Part shown: positions 52,043 to 62,483 of the stretch, piece by piece
Layout of the letters: the number at the start of each line of letters is the position of its first letter
Position numbering within the stretch: the stretch's first letter is position 1
Source: Coraliomargarita sp.
GTDB lineage: Bacteria; Verrucomicrobiota; Verrucomicrobiia; Opitutales; Coraliomargaritaceae
DNA length: 64,000 nt
Direction: 5' to 3'
Assembly (NCBI GenBank): GCA_965216325.1
Contig: OZ244160.1
Span: 768,001 to 832,000, forward strand
Program-made: the position numbers and the translations under genes
The notes under the pieces: generated by a model
Databases searched by the model: none
Told to the model about the DNA's origin: nothing
Seen by the model: the letters and a program-made list of their open reading frames with translations, nothing else

Positions 52043-52510
52043 TTACTGATGGATCAAGGTGAACGCTTGGCTCGTAGACGCGTTTCTCAGGATCGCCATC
52101 GCTTGTTGCTCGGCTGCGCGCATGGCGGCGCGATCTTCGTCATTGCGATCGTCATAACCCGCCAGATGCAGCCAGCCGTGAATTAGATACAGGCTCAGTT
52201 CGTCGCTGAAGGTTTCCTCCAGTTCGGCGGCCTTGGTTTGCGCGTGATCGACGGAGACGATGATTTCTCCAGCGGACTCCATTTCCTCGTCGGCGGGAAA
52301 GGTAATCACATCTGTAGCGGTCGGGTCGTCCATGAAGTCGTCGTGGATTTGGCCGATCTCTTCGTCGCAAACGAAGACAATGGAGAGCTCACCGGGAGTG
52401 ATCGGGAACTGGCCCGATGCTTCGATTGCAGCGAAGAGTGCGCGCGTGGCCGATTCGGGCTCACTTAGGCGCTTATACCGGTTGTTGATTTCCAGCTGTA
52501 TCGCGCTCAT
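52043..52510 (-). CDS. ybeY: Endoribonuclease YbeY
   Basis: TDVITF, GEIIVS, IHGWLHLAGYDD (third His replaced by Asp); start ATG 52510. Confidence 0.88.
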   Translation of the reverse strand: MSAIQLEINNRYKRLSEPESATRALFAAIEASGQFPITPGELSIVFVCDEEIGQIHDDFMDDPTATDVITFPADEEMESAGEIIVSVDHAQTKAAELEETFSDELSLYLIHGWLHLAGYDDRNDEDRAAMRAAEQQAMAILRNASTSQAFTLIHQ

Positions 52511-54884
52511 TAGATGGTTTGGGTTCTTCCTCAGGTTCCTCTTTGTCTTCCTTTGGATACTCAATGCGTGAGTGCAGCATGTTGAGCAGGGTATAGACGA
52601 AGCTTTGCTTGATTTTGTCGAGTTCCTGGAAGGTGAGTGGGCACTCGTCGAGCTGACCATCTTCGATGCGGTCCTTGAAGATATTGTCGATCAGTTCTTC
52701 GATCGCGGGTTGCGAGACTTTCTTCAAGCTACGGCTGGCGGCCTCGAGGCCATCGGCAAAGAAGATGATCGCGCTTTCTTTGAAGGCCGGCTTGGGGCCG
52801 TCATAGCGGTAGGTGCTTTCGTCGACCTTTGTCTGCTCTTGATTACGGCCGTTTTTGTCGGGGAGGGGGGACTTGGTGTTTCCCTTTTCCTTTTGCTGGG
52901 CCTGATAGTAGAAATATTGGATGAGGCTGGTGCCGTGGTGTTGGCGAATCACGTCGGTAATCACGCGGGGCAACTTGTGCTTTTTGGCCATTTCCACGCC
53001 TTCTTTGACGTGCGCTTTAATCACCAGCGCGCTCATCGAAGGGTTTTTCTCATTGTGTGGGTTGATGCCGTCGCGCTGATTTTCAACGAAGTATTCCGGC
53101 TTCACCAGTTTACCGATGTCATGAAAGAAGGAGCACACACGGCAGAGCAGCGGGCTGGCGCCGATGGCGGCTGCAGCATTTTCGGCCAGGTTGGCCACCA
53201 TCAGACTGTGGTGATAGGTGCCGGGGGCTTCCATCTGCATTTGGCGCAGGAGCGGGTGATTGAAATCGGTCAGTTCGAGCAGGGTGATCTCTGTGGTGAC
53301 TTTGAAAATGTGCTCCAGCACCGGTAGAATGCCGATGGCAATCACACTGGTGAGCAAGCCAATGATCAAGGCGATCAGGGCTTGTTGCCAAATGAGTCCG
53401 AAGGAGTAGTTGCTGAGTGCTCCGATGATGGCACCAGCCAGAGCCGCAGTGGCTCCTGCGGTTAGACCTGCTCGGACAAGCTTAGAGCGCTTGCGAATAT
53501 TGGTGGAGAAGTAGCTGCCGACGACTCCGGACAGGAATGCAATCAACATGAAATCGATCGAGTTGTTTTGGATGATACCAAAGAGCACGGACACGATGAG
53601 TGCGCAGATAATCGCTGGAGCGGCACCCACCAGAACGGCAACCAATATCGGAGCCAGCGCATAGGGGGCGATAAACGGAAGCATGCGCACCATTGGTCGA
53701 TCGCTCAGGGCAGCGACTTCGCCAATTTCCATGATCACGCGAATAATCAATAGGTTGATCAGAACGCTGACGGCTGTGATGGCAATGGCACGGTTGCGCT
53801 TATGAATGTTGCCCATGCTTTGCTTAATGTAGAGGTAAACTGCCATGAGCAGAATGGCGGTCAGCATCATCCGTTGGACAAACAAGGGCTCAATGAGCAT
53901 CGAGTCTGTGCCGAGTTCGAGTTCGGCTTTTTGGTAAGCATTAATGCGTTCCAGGTCCAGTTCGGTGATGATAGCACCGGGCTCAATCAGCGTGTCGCCT
54001 TCGGCAAAGCGAATGGGTTCAACGCTAAGTGCGGCGATTGCGCGTTGTTTGGCTTTCTGGGTGCCGGATTCGCTATAAACCAGGTTGACTTGGAGGCCGG
54101 GGCGGAAGACTTCGAACAGTTTTCGCGCAGTTTCTTTATCGCGTGAAAGCGCGTTAATGCGAACGCGTAGTGTGATCAGTGCATCATCCAGTGATTGGGC
54201 TTTGGGCAAGTTGTTTTGCCCGTCTTCATCGATGAGCTGGATAACGGTGAGTTGAGTGAGGCCCTTACTGTTGCTGCTACGATTTGAGTAGATGCCGTCT
54301 TCATAGAGTAACTTCAGCACGGCGAGGGCATCGTTGAGCAGGACCGAGCGTTCTTTGGGGCGGATGGTGGTCGCGACATCGATCATGGCCTGTGCTGGAA
54401 TCTCGATTCCAGAGGCTTCGATTAATTGGTTTGCGACTTTTTCGAATTCGGCCTGCACGACTGTATCGCCTTCGTTTTCGAACTCGATCTGGGTCTTGGC
54501 TAAATTTGAGATTAAGTCTGAGATGACTTTGCGGAAGGCTTGGTAGGGCTCAAAAGTGCGTTTGAAGACCGGGGGAACTTGTGCGCGCACCGCATCCTGA
54601 CGTTTTTCGAGTAATTCGTTGCTGGTATACTCGAAGGGGAATTCGGCAACGACACGGCTGGGGGCTGGCTGCTTGAGGAGCAGTTGCGGCCCCTTGGGCT
54701 TTTGGCCAAGGAAGCAAATCACAACGACTAGTGCCGAAAAGATGAAGAACAGGCCACCTTCGACCAGACGGCTGGTTTCGAAGTAGTGGGTAGTCGCGGA
54801 CTTGTCGGCTCCACGCCCTGCATCCTTTTTTACTGGGTGCTGTTTGTCCTTACGGGACGATTTCTTTTTGAGAAGTTCGACCAT
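52473..54884 (-). CDS. 7TM-HD phosphohydrolase (PgpH-like)
   Basis: Large extracytoplasmic domain, multiple TM, EAPGTYHHS, FHDIGK, QHHGT, YRYDGPKP; phoH-HD-ybeY synteny. Confidence 0.88.
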   Translation of the reverse strand: MVELLKKKSSRKDKQHPVKKDAGRGADKSATTHYFETSRLVEGGLFFIFSALVVVICFLGQKPKGPQLLLKQPAPSRVVAEFPFEYTSNELLEKRQDAVRAQVPPVFKRTFEPYQAFRKVISDLISNLAKTQIEFENEGDTVVQAEFEKVANQLIEASGIEIPAQAMIDVATTIRPKERSVLLNDALAVLKLLYEDGIYSNRSSNSKGLTQLTVIQLIDEDGQNNLPKAQSLDDALITLRVRINALSRDKETARKLFEVFRPGLQVNLVYSESGTQKAKQRAIAALSVEPIRFAEGDTLIEPGAIITELDLERINAYQKAELELGTDSMLIEPLFVQRMMLTAILLMAVYLYIKQSMGNIHKRNRAIAITAVSVLINLLIIRVIMEIGEVAALSDRPMVRMLPFIAPYALAPILVAVLVGAAPAIICALIVSVLFGIIQNNSIDFMLIAFLSGVVGSYFSTNIRKRSKLVRAGLTAGATAALAGAIIGALSNYSFGLIWQQALIALIIGLLTSVIAIGILPVLEHIFKVTTEITLLELTDFNHPLLRQMQMEAPGTYHHSLMVANLAENAAAAIGASPLLCRVCSFFHDIGKLVKPEYFVENQRDGINPHNEKNPSMSALVIKAHVKEGVEMAKKHKLPRVITDVIRQHHGTSLIQYFYYQAQQKEKGNTKSPLPDKNGRNQEQTKVDESTYRYDGPKPAFKESAIIFFADGLEAASRSLKKVSQPAIEELIDNIFKDRIEDGQLDECPLTFQELDKIKQSFVYTLLNMLHSRIEYPKEDKEEPEEEPKPSNERDTAGNQQPV

Positions 54885-54922
54885 GCTATGGAGTTGAGGT
54901 GAGTGTGACAGTGAAGGTGGGC

Positions 54923-55876
54923 TTAAGCTGGGGTATGCTCTGCGTAGGCGGTAATAATACGCTGCACCAGTGGGTGGCGGACGACATCGTCGCCCTCGAA
55001 GTAGAATAAGCGGATGCCATCGATCTTCTTGAGGATGCGGCTGGCTTCCTTGAGGCCGGATTGCTTGGCTTTGGGGAGGTCGATCTGGGTAATGTCGCCG
55101 GTGATCACCATCCGTGCCCCATCGCCCAGGCGTGTGAGGAACATCATCATTTGCTCGTGGGTGGTGTTTTGTGCTTCGTCGAGAACAATAAATGCATTCG
55201 ATAGGGTGCGGCCGCGCATGTAAGCGAGGGGCGCGATTTCAACGATGCCCCGTTCGACGAGCTGATTGACCGTGTCTTTGCCGATCATATCGTTCATCGC
55301 GTCGTAGAGTGGTGTGAGGTAGGGCAGGATTTTTTCCTGTAACTCGCCGGGGAGAAAACCGAGTGCTTCGCCTGCTTCGACGGCGGGGCGGGTGAGGATG
55401 ATCTTCTCGATGTTGCCTTCCAGTAGTTCTTTGAGTGCCATTGCCATCGCCAGGTAGGTTTTACCGGTTCCAGCAGGGCCAATGCCAAAGGTGATCGGAT
55501 TTTTTTCAATGCACTGAAGGTAGCGCTTTTGGCTCAGCGTTTTGGGGATGATACTTTGGCGCTTGAGCTTAATGACCAGAGGGTTGGCGTAGATTTCGCG
55601 CAGCTCTTCGGCACGGCCATCGGCGACAGTGCGTAGGGTGTGATGAAAATCGGAAGTGCGCAGGCGAATGCCTTGCTTTCGAGCTGCTTCCAGCAGTTCG
55701 AAGACTGCCTTGGCTTTGGTGATTGCGGACTCGTCCCCGGTGATCTGCAGCCAATCTTCACGGCTGACAAGCTCGACACCGAGAACGCGCTCGGCTTCTT
55801 CAAGGTTGCGAGTGTCGTTGGAGTATAACTGGCTCAGATGGCGAGCGTTCGGGAAATTGAGAGTCTGTTCAGGCAT
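54923..55876 (-). CDS. phoH: PhoH-family ATPase
   Basis: GPAGTGKTYLA, RPAVEAGE.LGFLPG, YMRGRTL, LDEAQN, TGDITQIDLP. Confidence 0.93.
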   Translation of the reverse strand: MPEQTLNFPNARHLSQLYSNDTRNLEEAERVLGVELVSREDWLQITGDESAITKAKAVFELLEAARKQGIRLRTSDFHHTLRTVADGRAEELREIYANPLVIKLKRQSIIPKTLSQKRYLQCIEKNPITFGIGPAGTGKTYLAMAMALKELLEGNIEKIILTRPAVEAGEALGFLPGELQEKILPYLTPLYDAMNDMIGKDTVNQLVERGIVEIAPLAYMRGRTLSNAFIVLDEAQNTTHEQMMMFLTRLGDGARMVITGDITQIDLPKAKQSGLKEASRILKKIDGIRLFYFEGDDVVRHPLVQRIITAYAEHTPA

Positions 55877-55915
55877 AGGTATCGAGAGGCGACGACGTGC
55901 TTGCAGGTGTGCGTG

Positions 55916-56452
55916 TTAAGCTTCGACGCAGTCGTTGAGACGCGCCCACATGGCGTCCATTGAGTCCGGTAGCACTCGAGTGTCGCCAATCACTGGCATG
56001 AAATTGGTATCCCCGTTCCAGCGGGGCACGATGTGGCAGTGTAAATGGCAGGGGATGCCTGCGCCGCCCGCATGTCCAAAATTGAAGCCGATGTTAAAGC
56101 CGTCGGGTTTGAGTGCTCGAGTTAGAATTTCCTGAGCTTTGACGATCAGGTCCATGAGTTCGTGACGTTCGTCTTCGTTGAGGTCTTCCAGTCCGGGGGC
56201 TTCACGGTAGGGCAGGGCGAGTAGGTGGCCCGCATTGTAAGGGTAGCGGTTCATCACGATGTAGTTCCACTTACCTCGATAAAGAATATATTCGGCTTGG
56301 TCGTCGTCGCTTTGGTGAATTCGCACGAATGGATTGCCCCCCTCATCGGGGTTCTTGGGGGCTAGGATATAGGGCATACGCCAATAGGCATGCAGGCGCT
56401 GCATGGAATCGGGCAGTTCGTTTGCGGCCTTAGTGGAAGTAGATTTCGACAT
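55916..56452 (-). CDS. HIT-family hydrolase
   Basis: NRYPYNAGHL, GFNIGFN, HLHCHIVPRW.GD.NFM. Confidence 0.9.
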   Translation of the reverse strand: MSKSTSTKAANELPDSMQRLHAYWRMPYILAPKNPDEGGNPFVRIHQSDDDQAEYILYRGKWNYIVMNRYPYNAGHLLALPYREAPGLEDLNEDERHELMDLIVKAQEILTRALKPDGFNIGFNFGHAGGAGIPCHLHCHIVPRWNGDTNFMPVIGDTRVLPDSMDAMWARLNDCVEA

Positions 56453-56620
56453 AAATTAACGTCCCATAGTAGAGGTGTCAGACTCTGCCGTCGATTGTTT
56501 TCTCGGAGGGCAAATGTTGTCAAAATCGATGTGCCGGTCGCTTTTTTCTGGATTGCGTTCGCCTTTACTTGAAGCAAGCCTGCGCTGTTTGGGTTCATTC
56601 GTCCTAAACTGAAACCTCCC

Positions 56621-57697
56621 GTGAGCGAAATCGATCAGAATTTAACTTTCAAGCAAGTGCCCAAGGACTTGCGTTATGTAGCCTTTTTGCTGTTAGGCTT
56701 TGTCCTATTCATGGTCTGGGACCAGTGGTTCTGGTGGGGCGATCGTGAGGATTATAGCTTTGGCTATTTGGTGCCGCTCTTTGTGGGCTATGTGCTCTAC
56801 GACCGCTGGCCGCGAATACAGTCTTACTTGGTGAAGGGGCATGCGGCGGATGGCGATGCTGAGCCGTCGAGTTGGGATCGGTTTGTACCACTCCTCACAG
56901 GGATTGCGGTCGCTGCCTTGTGTGCGGGCTTAGCACTTTACATGTTTGGTGCCTTGCTGCGCTCGGTGACCGGTCCGCAAAATCCGACTTCGCTGGCGAT
57001 TGCGCTCGGTTTTGTGCCGATTGCGCTGTGCACATTGTTTTTATTCTCCGGGCAATCTGTGAAGTCGGATCAGATCCCGCTGAAGAACCGAATTGGGTTT
57101 GTCGGCTTGTTTTTGTTCCCGGTTTTGATTTGGCTGATTTCGGCGCCTCTAGTGGGGGTGATCGAGAAGAAATTGTTGGTATTCCTGCAGTCTTGGGTGG
57201 CGTCAGTGGTGTTTAATTCCTTGGATTTACTTGGGTTTGAGATCGAGCGTAAGGGCAGCGTGCTGGTGTTGCCGACTGGAGAGGTTGGTGTCGAGGAAGC
57301 TTGTTCTGGAATTCGTTCGCTGACCGCTTGTATTTTTGCGGGCTCCTTTTTCGCGGCGGTTTTCTTGGACAGTATGAAGAAGAAGCTGCTGCTGGTGCTC
57401 TCGGCGATGGGCTTGGCAGTCCTGACCAATTTGATGCGCAGTATGTTTCTGACACTGTGGGCTTATTATAATGGTGCGAACGCCATCGATGAACACTGGC
57501 ACCTTCCGCTTATCGGTGACATCGGCAGTGTGCACGATGTAACGGGCATGGCGATCCTCGGGTTGACGTGTTTGGGGCTGCTATGCCTGCTGCCGGTATT
57601 TAATTTTAAATTAAGTGATCATATCGATCACGATTTCTTCGAGGATGATGCAGGCAATGGGAACGAAGTCGCGTCGGGGCAGGATCAGACAAAGTAG
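56621..57697 (+). CDS. Exosortase/archaeosortase family protein
   Basis: Multi-TM; VEEACSGIRSL, NLMRS, HD catalytic motifs. Confidence 0.88.
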   Translation: MSEIDQNLTFKQVPKDLRYVAFLLLGFVLFMVWDQWFWWGDREDYSFGYLVPLFVGYVLYDRWPRIQSYLVKGHAADGDAEPSSWDRFVPLLTGIAVAALCAGLALYMFGALLRSVTGPQNPTSLAIALGFVPIALCTLFLFSGQSVKSDQIPLKNRIGFVGLFLFPVLIWLISAPLVGVIEKKLLVFLQSWVASVVFNSLDLLGFEIERKGSVLVLPTGEVGVEEACSGIRSLTACIFAGSFFAAVFLDSMKKKLLLVLSAMGLAVLTNLMRSMFLTLWAYYNGANAIDEHWHLPLIGDIGSVHDVTGMAILGLTCLGLLCLLPVFNFKLSDHIDHDFFEDDAGNGNEVASGQDQTK

Positions 57698-57702
57698 TAT
57701 AA

Positions 57703-59187
57703 ATGGCAGAGAAACGTAAGATTTTCATGGTGGCCCCGGAAGTGGCGCCGTTGGTTAAGGTGGGTGGCTTGGCTGATGTGGCTGGAGCGCTATCGAAGGC
57801 ACTGGATTCTCGTGGGCATGACGTGCGCATTGTGATGCCCAAGTATGCGGGCTTAAAGCATATCGAAGGTGCGATTCCCCATGAGCGCCCATTAATCGTG
57901 CATCTTGGTGGACATGAGGCCTATGCCCGTGTGTGGGAATGCAAATTGCCTGGCTCCAATGCGATTTGCTATCTCCTGGAGCATAACCAGTTTTATGATG
58001 CACCGTCTGTCTATGTTGGCCCCAGTGGCGATGAAATGGATAACGCGCAGCGCTATACCTTTCTCAGCCGCGCAGCGATTGACCTGTGCAACTATTTGGA
58101 TTGGATTCCCGATGTGGTGCATTGCCACGACTGGGCGACTGGGCTGACACCTGTGTATTTGAATACCACTGAGTGGACGAAACCGCTGGGGCGTGCCGCT
58201 TCGGTCATGACACTGCACAATATGCAGCATCAAGGCTGGTTCCATCGAGATACGATTGACTATGCGGGGCTGCCGCAGTCGGTGTTTCGCCCGGATGGTC
58301 TCGAGTCCATGGGCGAGTTGAACATGCTCAAGGGGGGCATTTATCATTCGACTAAAATCACCACGGTGAGCCCGACGTATGCGGGCGAGATTCAACAGCC
58401 AGAAGGGGGCCACGGTCTGCACAATGTGTTGCGCTTCCGTGCTGCAGATTTGATTGGAGTGATTAACGGGATCGATTACACCGAGTGGGATCCTGCGACA
58501 GATGCCTTACTGCCTGAGAATTTCTCGGCTGATGATCTGTCAGGGAAGGCTATCTGCAAGGCGAAGCTGCAGGAAGCCTTTGGTCTCGAAGTAAATGCGA
58601 AGATTCCGCTGTTTACGGTGGTGTCGCGTCTGGTGGACCAGAAGGGCTTGGATTTGTTGGCTGCCATCGGCGATCGCTTGATGGAAGAAATGCAGATTCA
58701 GGTGGCTGTGCTTGGCACGGGAGATCCTGCGCTTGAGGGGGCATTCCGTGGATTGGCAGAACGTCATCCCGGTCGTTTTGGGGCCTATTTGGGCTTCGAC
58801 AATGAGTTGGCTCACCTGGCTGTGGCGGGAGCTGACTTTCTGTTGATGCCGAGTCGTTTTGAGCCCTGTGGTTTGAGTCAAATGTATGCCATGGTCTATG
58901 GTGCCCCACCTATTGTGCGTGCGACTGGCGGCCTGATTGATTCGGTCGAGCAATATATCGAGGGCGAGGGGATTGGCACAGGTTTCCGCTTTGAAGAAGC
59001 CACTCCGGATGCTTTTTACTACACGATCGGCTGGGCTTGCTCGACTTACTACGACCGTCCAGAGGAATATGCGCAGTTGCAACGCAATGGCATGACGACC
59101 GATTTCGGGTGGGGAGTCTCTGCAGGCGTTTATGAAGATGTCTATAAGTGGGCTGTGGATGCACGGCAGAAGTCGTTTGGTGCGTAA
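57703..59187 (+). CDS. glgA: Glycogen synthase
   Basis: KVGGLADV, HCHDW, TVSPTYA, MPSRFEPCGL. Confidence 0.95.
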   Translation: MAEKRKIFMVAPEVAPLVKVGGLADVAGALSKALDSRGHDVRIVMPKYAGLKHIEGAIPHERPLIVHLGGHEAYARVWECKLPGSNAICYLLEHNQFYDAPSVYVGPSGDEMDNAQRYTFLSRAAIDLCNYLDWIPDVVHCHDWATGLTPVYLNTTEWTKPLGRAASVMTLHNMQHQGWFHRDTIDYAGLPQSVFRPDGLESMGELNMLKGGIYHSTKITTVSPTYAGEIQQPEGGHGLHNVLRFRAADLIGVINGIDYTEWDPATDALLPENFSADDLSGKAICKAKLQEAFGLEVNAKIPLFTVVSRLVDQKGLDLLAAIGDRLMEEMQIQVAVLGTGDPALEGAFRGLAERHPGRFGAYLGFDNELAHLAVAGADFLLMPSRFEPCGLSQMYAMVYGAPPIVRATGGLIDSVEQYIEGEGIGTGFRFEEATPDAFYYTIGWACSTYYDRPEEYAQLQRNGMTTDFGWGVSAGVYEDVYKWAVDARQKSFGA

Positions 59188-59244
59188 ATTCTGTTTTACG
59201 CTCGAAGTTGACGTGCTGCACGAGAAAGGTTCAATCCTTGCGCT

Positions 59245-59670
59245 GTGAACGATCCAAATAGAGATTTTAACGAAGTCATCCGCACAATTCGTCAGGATGA
59301 TCCTCGCTATGCGCGAGGCGCCTACTATTTTTTGCGTCAGGCGCTGGATTACAGCCTCAAGGAGCTTCACAAGCGAGGCGACCTGGATCGCTCGAACCAC
59401 TTGACTGGACAGCAGTTGTTGGAGGGCATTCGGCTCTATGCTTTGGACCAGTATGGGCCGATGGCTCGAACTGTGCTCGAGCACTGGGGGGTGAAAAAAT
59501 GCGACGACTTTGGCAATATCGTGTTTAATTTGGTCGAATGCCGAGTGCTCGGAAAAACCGAGAATGACAGTCCTGAGGATTTTAGTGAGGGCTACAAATT
59601 TGAAGAGGCCTTCGATGGTGAGTTTCGACCACAAATGGCGCCGACGACGAAGCGTCCGCGCATGTATTAA
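59245..59670 (+). CDS. Minf_1886-like conserved PVC protein
   Basis: DPRY...AYYF...AL, HLTGQQLLEG, YGPMA..VL..WG, DFGNIVFNLVE. Confidence 0.75.
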   Translation: MNDPNRDFNEVIRTIRQDDPRYARGAYYFLRQALDYSLKELHKRGDLDRSNHLTGQQLLEGIRLYALDQYGPMARTVLEHWGVKKCDDFGNIVFNLVECRVLGKTENDSPEDFSEGYKFEEAFDGEFRPQMAPTTKRPRMY

Positions 59671-59760
59671 TTTTCTGAGGAGTCAGAAGGCATCAGTCAG
59701 GGTTCAGAAGCTGATAATGCCGTTCTGATCCTTGTTCTCTGACCTCTGATATCTGAATTA

Positions 59761-62337
59761 ATGGACCCGATCGAGTTTTCCGCTGCGGCGACGCAGGACG
59801 TTTTAGATCGCTTGTTTAAAGCGCCGATTTCGCGCCGTATCTTACCCAATGGCTTAACGGTGTTGCACCGCCCGGATTTTTCCAGCGAGGTGGTCTCGGT
59901 GCAGGTGTGGGTCAAAACAGGCAGTATCCATGAAGATACGCTGATTGGCTCCGGCCTGTCCCATTATCTGGAGCACATGCTGTTCAAGGGCACCTCCCGC
60001 CGGGACGGCAAATCGATCAGCCGCGAGGTGCATGCGATGGGAGGCGGCATCAATGCCTACACGACCTTCGATCGCACGGTTTACTACATTGATGCCCCGT
60101 CGGCCGCCTTTGAGGGGGCAGTTGATATCTTAGCGGATATCGTCTTACATTCGACACTTCCGGAACAAGAAGTCGAGCGTGAGCGTGATGTGATATTACG
60201 CGAGATCGACATGGGCTTGGACGACCCCGACCGTCAGCTTAGCCAGGCCCTGTTTCGCACTGCGTTCCAGCGCCACCCGTATCGCGAACCAGTGATTGGG
60301 CATCGTGAGCTCTTTGAGCAGGTGACGCGCGAAGAACTCTGGACCTATTACAAGGCACGCTATGTGCCGAATAACATAGTGGTCACTATTGTCGGTGCGA
60401 TTGATTCGGAGACCTGTGAGCGATCTGTCGATGCCGCCTTTGGTTCCGTTTCTCGTGGACGCTTGGCCCCAGTGCAGATTGAGCAGGAGCCCGTGCAACT
60501 CGCTGCACGCCGTGAAGATATTATCGGTGAGTATAATATCTTTCGTGGCGGGCTCGGGTTCAAAGTGCCGCATTTGAGCCACGAGGATTCGCCACGTTTG
60601 GATGCGCTGGCGCATGCCCTCGGAGGAGGGGAGAGTTCGTTGCTATGGGAGCGTCTGCGCAATCAGGAGCAAGTCGTGCATTACATTGACTGTCGGAACT
60701 GGAATCCGGGGGGCAGCGGCTTGTTTTGGATTTCCTACGTTTGCGACCCTGGTGATGAGCAAAAGGCCGAGACTGCGATTCGTTCCATTCTTGCAGAGGT
60801 CGCCGAGGCCGGGCTCGATGAATCGGTTGTGGAAAAGGCCCAACGCCAAGCACTGAGCGGCGAAATTAATGGACGCAAAACCATGAGTGGGCAGGCCTCA
60901 CGCCTTGGACTGGGTGAAGTGGTTCTTGGCGATATTTACTATGCACGCCGCTATCTGAAACGGTTGCAGGCGGTGACTGCCGAGGATTTGCAGCAGGTCG
61001 CTCGCACTTACCTTGTCGATCATACTTTTTCCGCAGTGACCATTGGCCCTCGGGCTGAGGAGGTAACTGGGCCGGTTCAGCAAGAGCTCAGCGCTCCCAA
61101 TGCGGTTGAGCGCCTCGAGTTGGACTGCGGTGCAACATTGCTGCTGCAGGCGGATCATCGCTTGCCGAAAGCTCACCTCAGAGCGGTTCTGCTAGGCGGT
61201 CCAAATTATGAGCCGTCGGATCAGCGTGGAGTGGGGGCGATCTTGGCAGAACTGTTGACGAAGGATACTCAGGCACGTTCTGCGGCTGAGGTTTCCGAGG
61301 CGGTCGAGGGCGTGGGCGGACGCTTCACTGCCAGTGCGGGTAACAATACCTTGAACCTTGCGCTTGAAGTGCTGCCGACTGATCTCGAACTTGCGGTGGC
61401 TCTCTTTACGGACGCACTGACAAGGCCTAGCTTCGATACGAAGACCTTTGAGATCGAGCTGGAAGGGCAGGTCGCTGGACTCAAGGAAGAGGACGACGAA
61501 ATTTTTGAATACGGCTTCCGCAAGTTACGTGAAGCGTTTTTCGAGAGCCACCCATTTGCGATTGGCGCGGATGGTCGGATCGAAGATTTGGAGAAGCTTA
61601 CAGTCGGGCAGGTCCGTGCGCATTTCGAGCAATTGCTGCGCGCTGAAAATCTGGTTATCTCGGTCTGTGGTGATTTTGACCGTGATCAATTAATTGGGTG
61701 GTTGAACGCGGGATTGAGCGGACTCAGTGCGAAAGCTTTTGAGCTGACGACTACGCATGCCTTTGACGGGCCCACGAAGGCTAAGGACCTGAAGCTGGCA
61801 ATGGACCGTGAGCAGGCAGTCGTCTTTCAAGCTTTTCCCGATGTTGGGATTACTGACGACGATTATGTGGTCGGGGAAATGATGAACGAACTCTTTAGTG
61901 GTATGTCGAGCCGCCTGTTTGAGCGTGTGCGCGAGGACAAAGGCATGGCTTACTATGTGGGATCGACTCGTGTGCTTGGCCTGCAGAACAGTATGTTTGT
62001 GCTCTATGCCGGCACGCATCCGGATATGGTCGATGAAGTTTTGAAGGAGATGAATGGTGAAATTGCCCGTGTCATTGCCGGTGATGTGTTGGATGATGAA
62101 CTCACGCGCTGCCGCACACGTCTTAAAGCGGCTCGTCCGATGGGGCGCCAAACGATCGGGGCACGGGCGATGCATGCGGCGATCAATCATACCTATGGGC
62201 AACCGTTGGACGATGATGCGGAGCATGCTGCCAAGGTGGATGCGGTGGATGCGGATGCCTTGGCTTCGTTTGCCAAGCGCTACTTTGCTGCGGATCGCCG
62301 CGTGCAGCTGGTTGTGCAGCCGGATGGTGAGTCATAG
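59761..62337 (+). CDS. M16 (pitrilysin-like) zinc peptidase
   Basis: HYLEHMLFKGT (HxxEH), NAYT; duplicated inactive C-terminal half. Confidence 0.93.
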   Translation: MDPIEFSAAATQDVLDRLFKAPISRRILPNGLTVLHRPDFSSEVVSVQVWVKTGSIHEDTLIGSGLSHYLEHMLFKGTSRRDGKSISREVHAMGGGINAYTTFDRTVYYIDAPSAAFEGAVDILADIVLHSTLPEQEVERERDVILREIDMGLDDPDRQLSQALFRTAFQRHPYREPVIGHRELFEQVTREELWTYYKARYVPNNIVVTIVGAIDSETCERSVDAAFGSVSRGRLAPVQIEQEPVQLAARREDIIGEYNIFRGGLGFKVPHLSHEDSPRLDALAHALGGGESSLLWERLRNQEQVVHYIDCRNWNPGGSGLFWISYVCDPGDEQKAETAIRSILAEVAEAGLDESVVEKAQRQALSGEINGRKTMSGQASRLGLGEVVLGDIYYARRYLKRLQAVTAEDLQQVARTYLVDHTFSAVTIGPRAEEVTGPVQQELSAPNAVERLELDCGATLLLQADHRLPKAHLRAVLLGGPNYEPSDQRGVGAILAELLTKDTQARSAAEVSEAVEGVGGRFTASAGNNTLNLALEVLPTDLELAVALFTDALTRPSFDTKTFEIELEGQVAGLKEEDDEIFEYGFRKLREAFFESHPFAIGADGRIEDLEKLTVGQVRAHFEQLLRAENLVISVCGDFDRDQLIGWLNAGLSGLSAKAFELTTTHAFDGPTKAKDLKLAMDREQAVVFQAFPDVGITDDDYVVGEMMNELFSGMSSRLFERVREDKGMAYYVGSTRVLGLQNSMFVLYAGTHPDMVDEVLKEMNGEIARVIAGDVLDDELTRCRTRLKAARPMGRQTIGARAMHAAINHTYGQPLDDDAEHAAKVDAVDADALASFAKRYFAADRRVQLVVQPDGES

Positions 62338-62423
62338 GTGATCGTAGGGGCGGGCGTTTCGCACGCCCGTCTGCTGGTGTCGGCTCACGAAAAAAGCGGT
62401 AAGATGCCGCTTCTACTTTAAAT

Positions 62424-62460
62424 AAAAAAGAGGCCGAATTGCAGTGCAATCCGACCTCTT
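62424..62460 (-). terminator. Intrinsic terminator for the AP2-like gene
   Basis: AAAAAAGAGG...CCTCTT stem with U-tract on the minus strand. Confidence 0.6.
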
Positions 62461-62483
62461 GAAAGTTTGAAGCGTTTAGCCAA

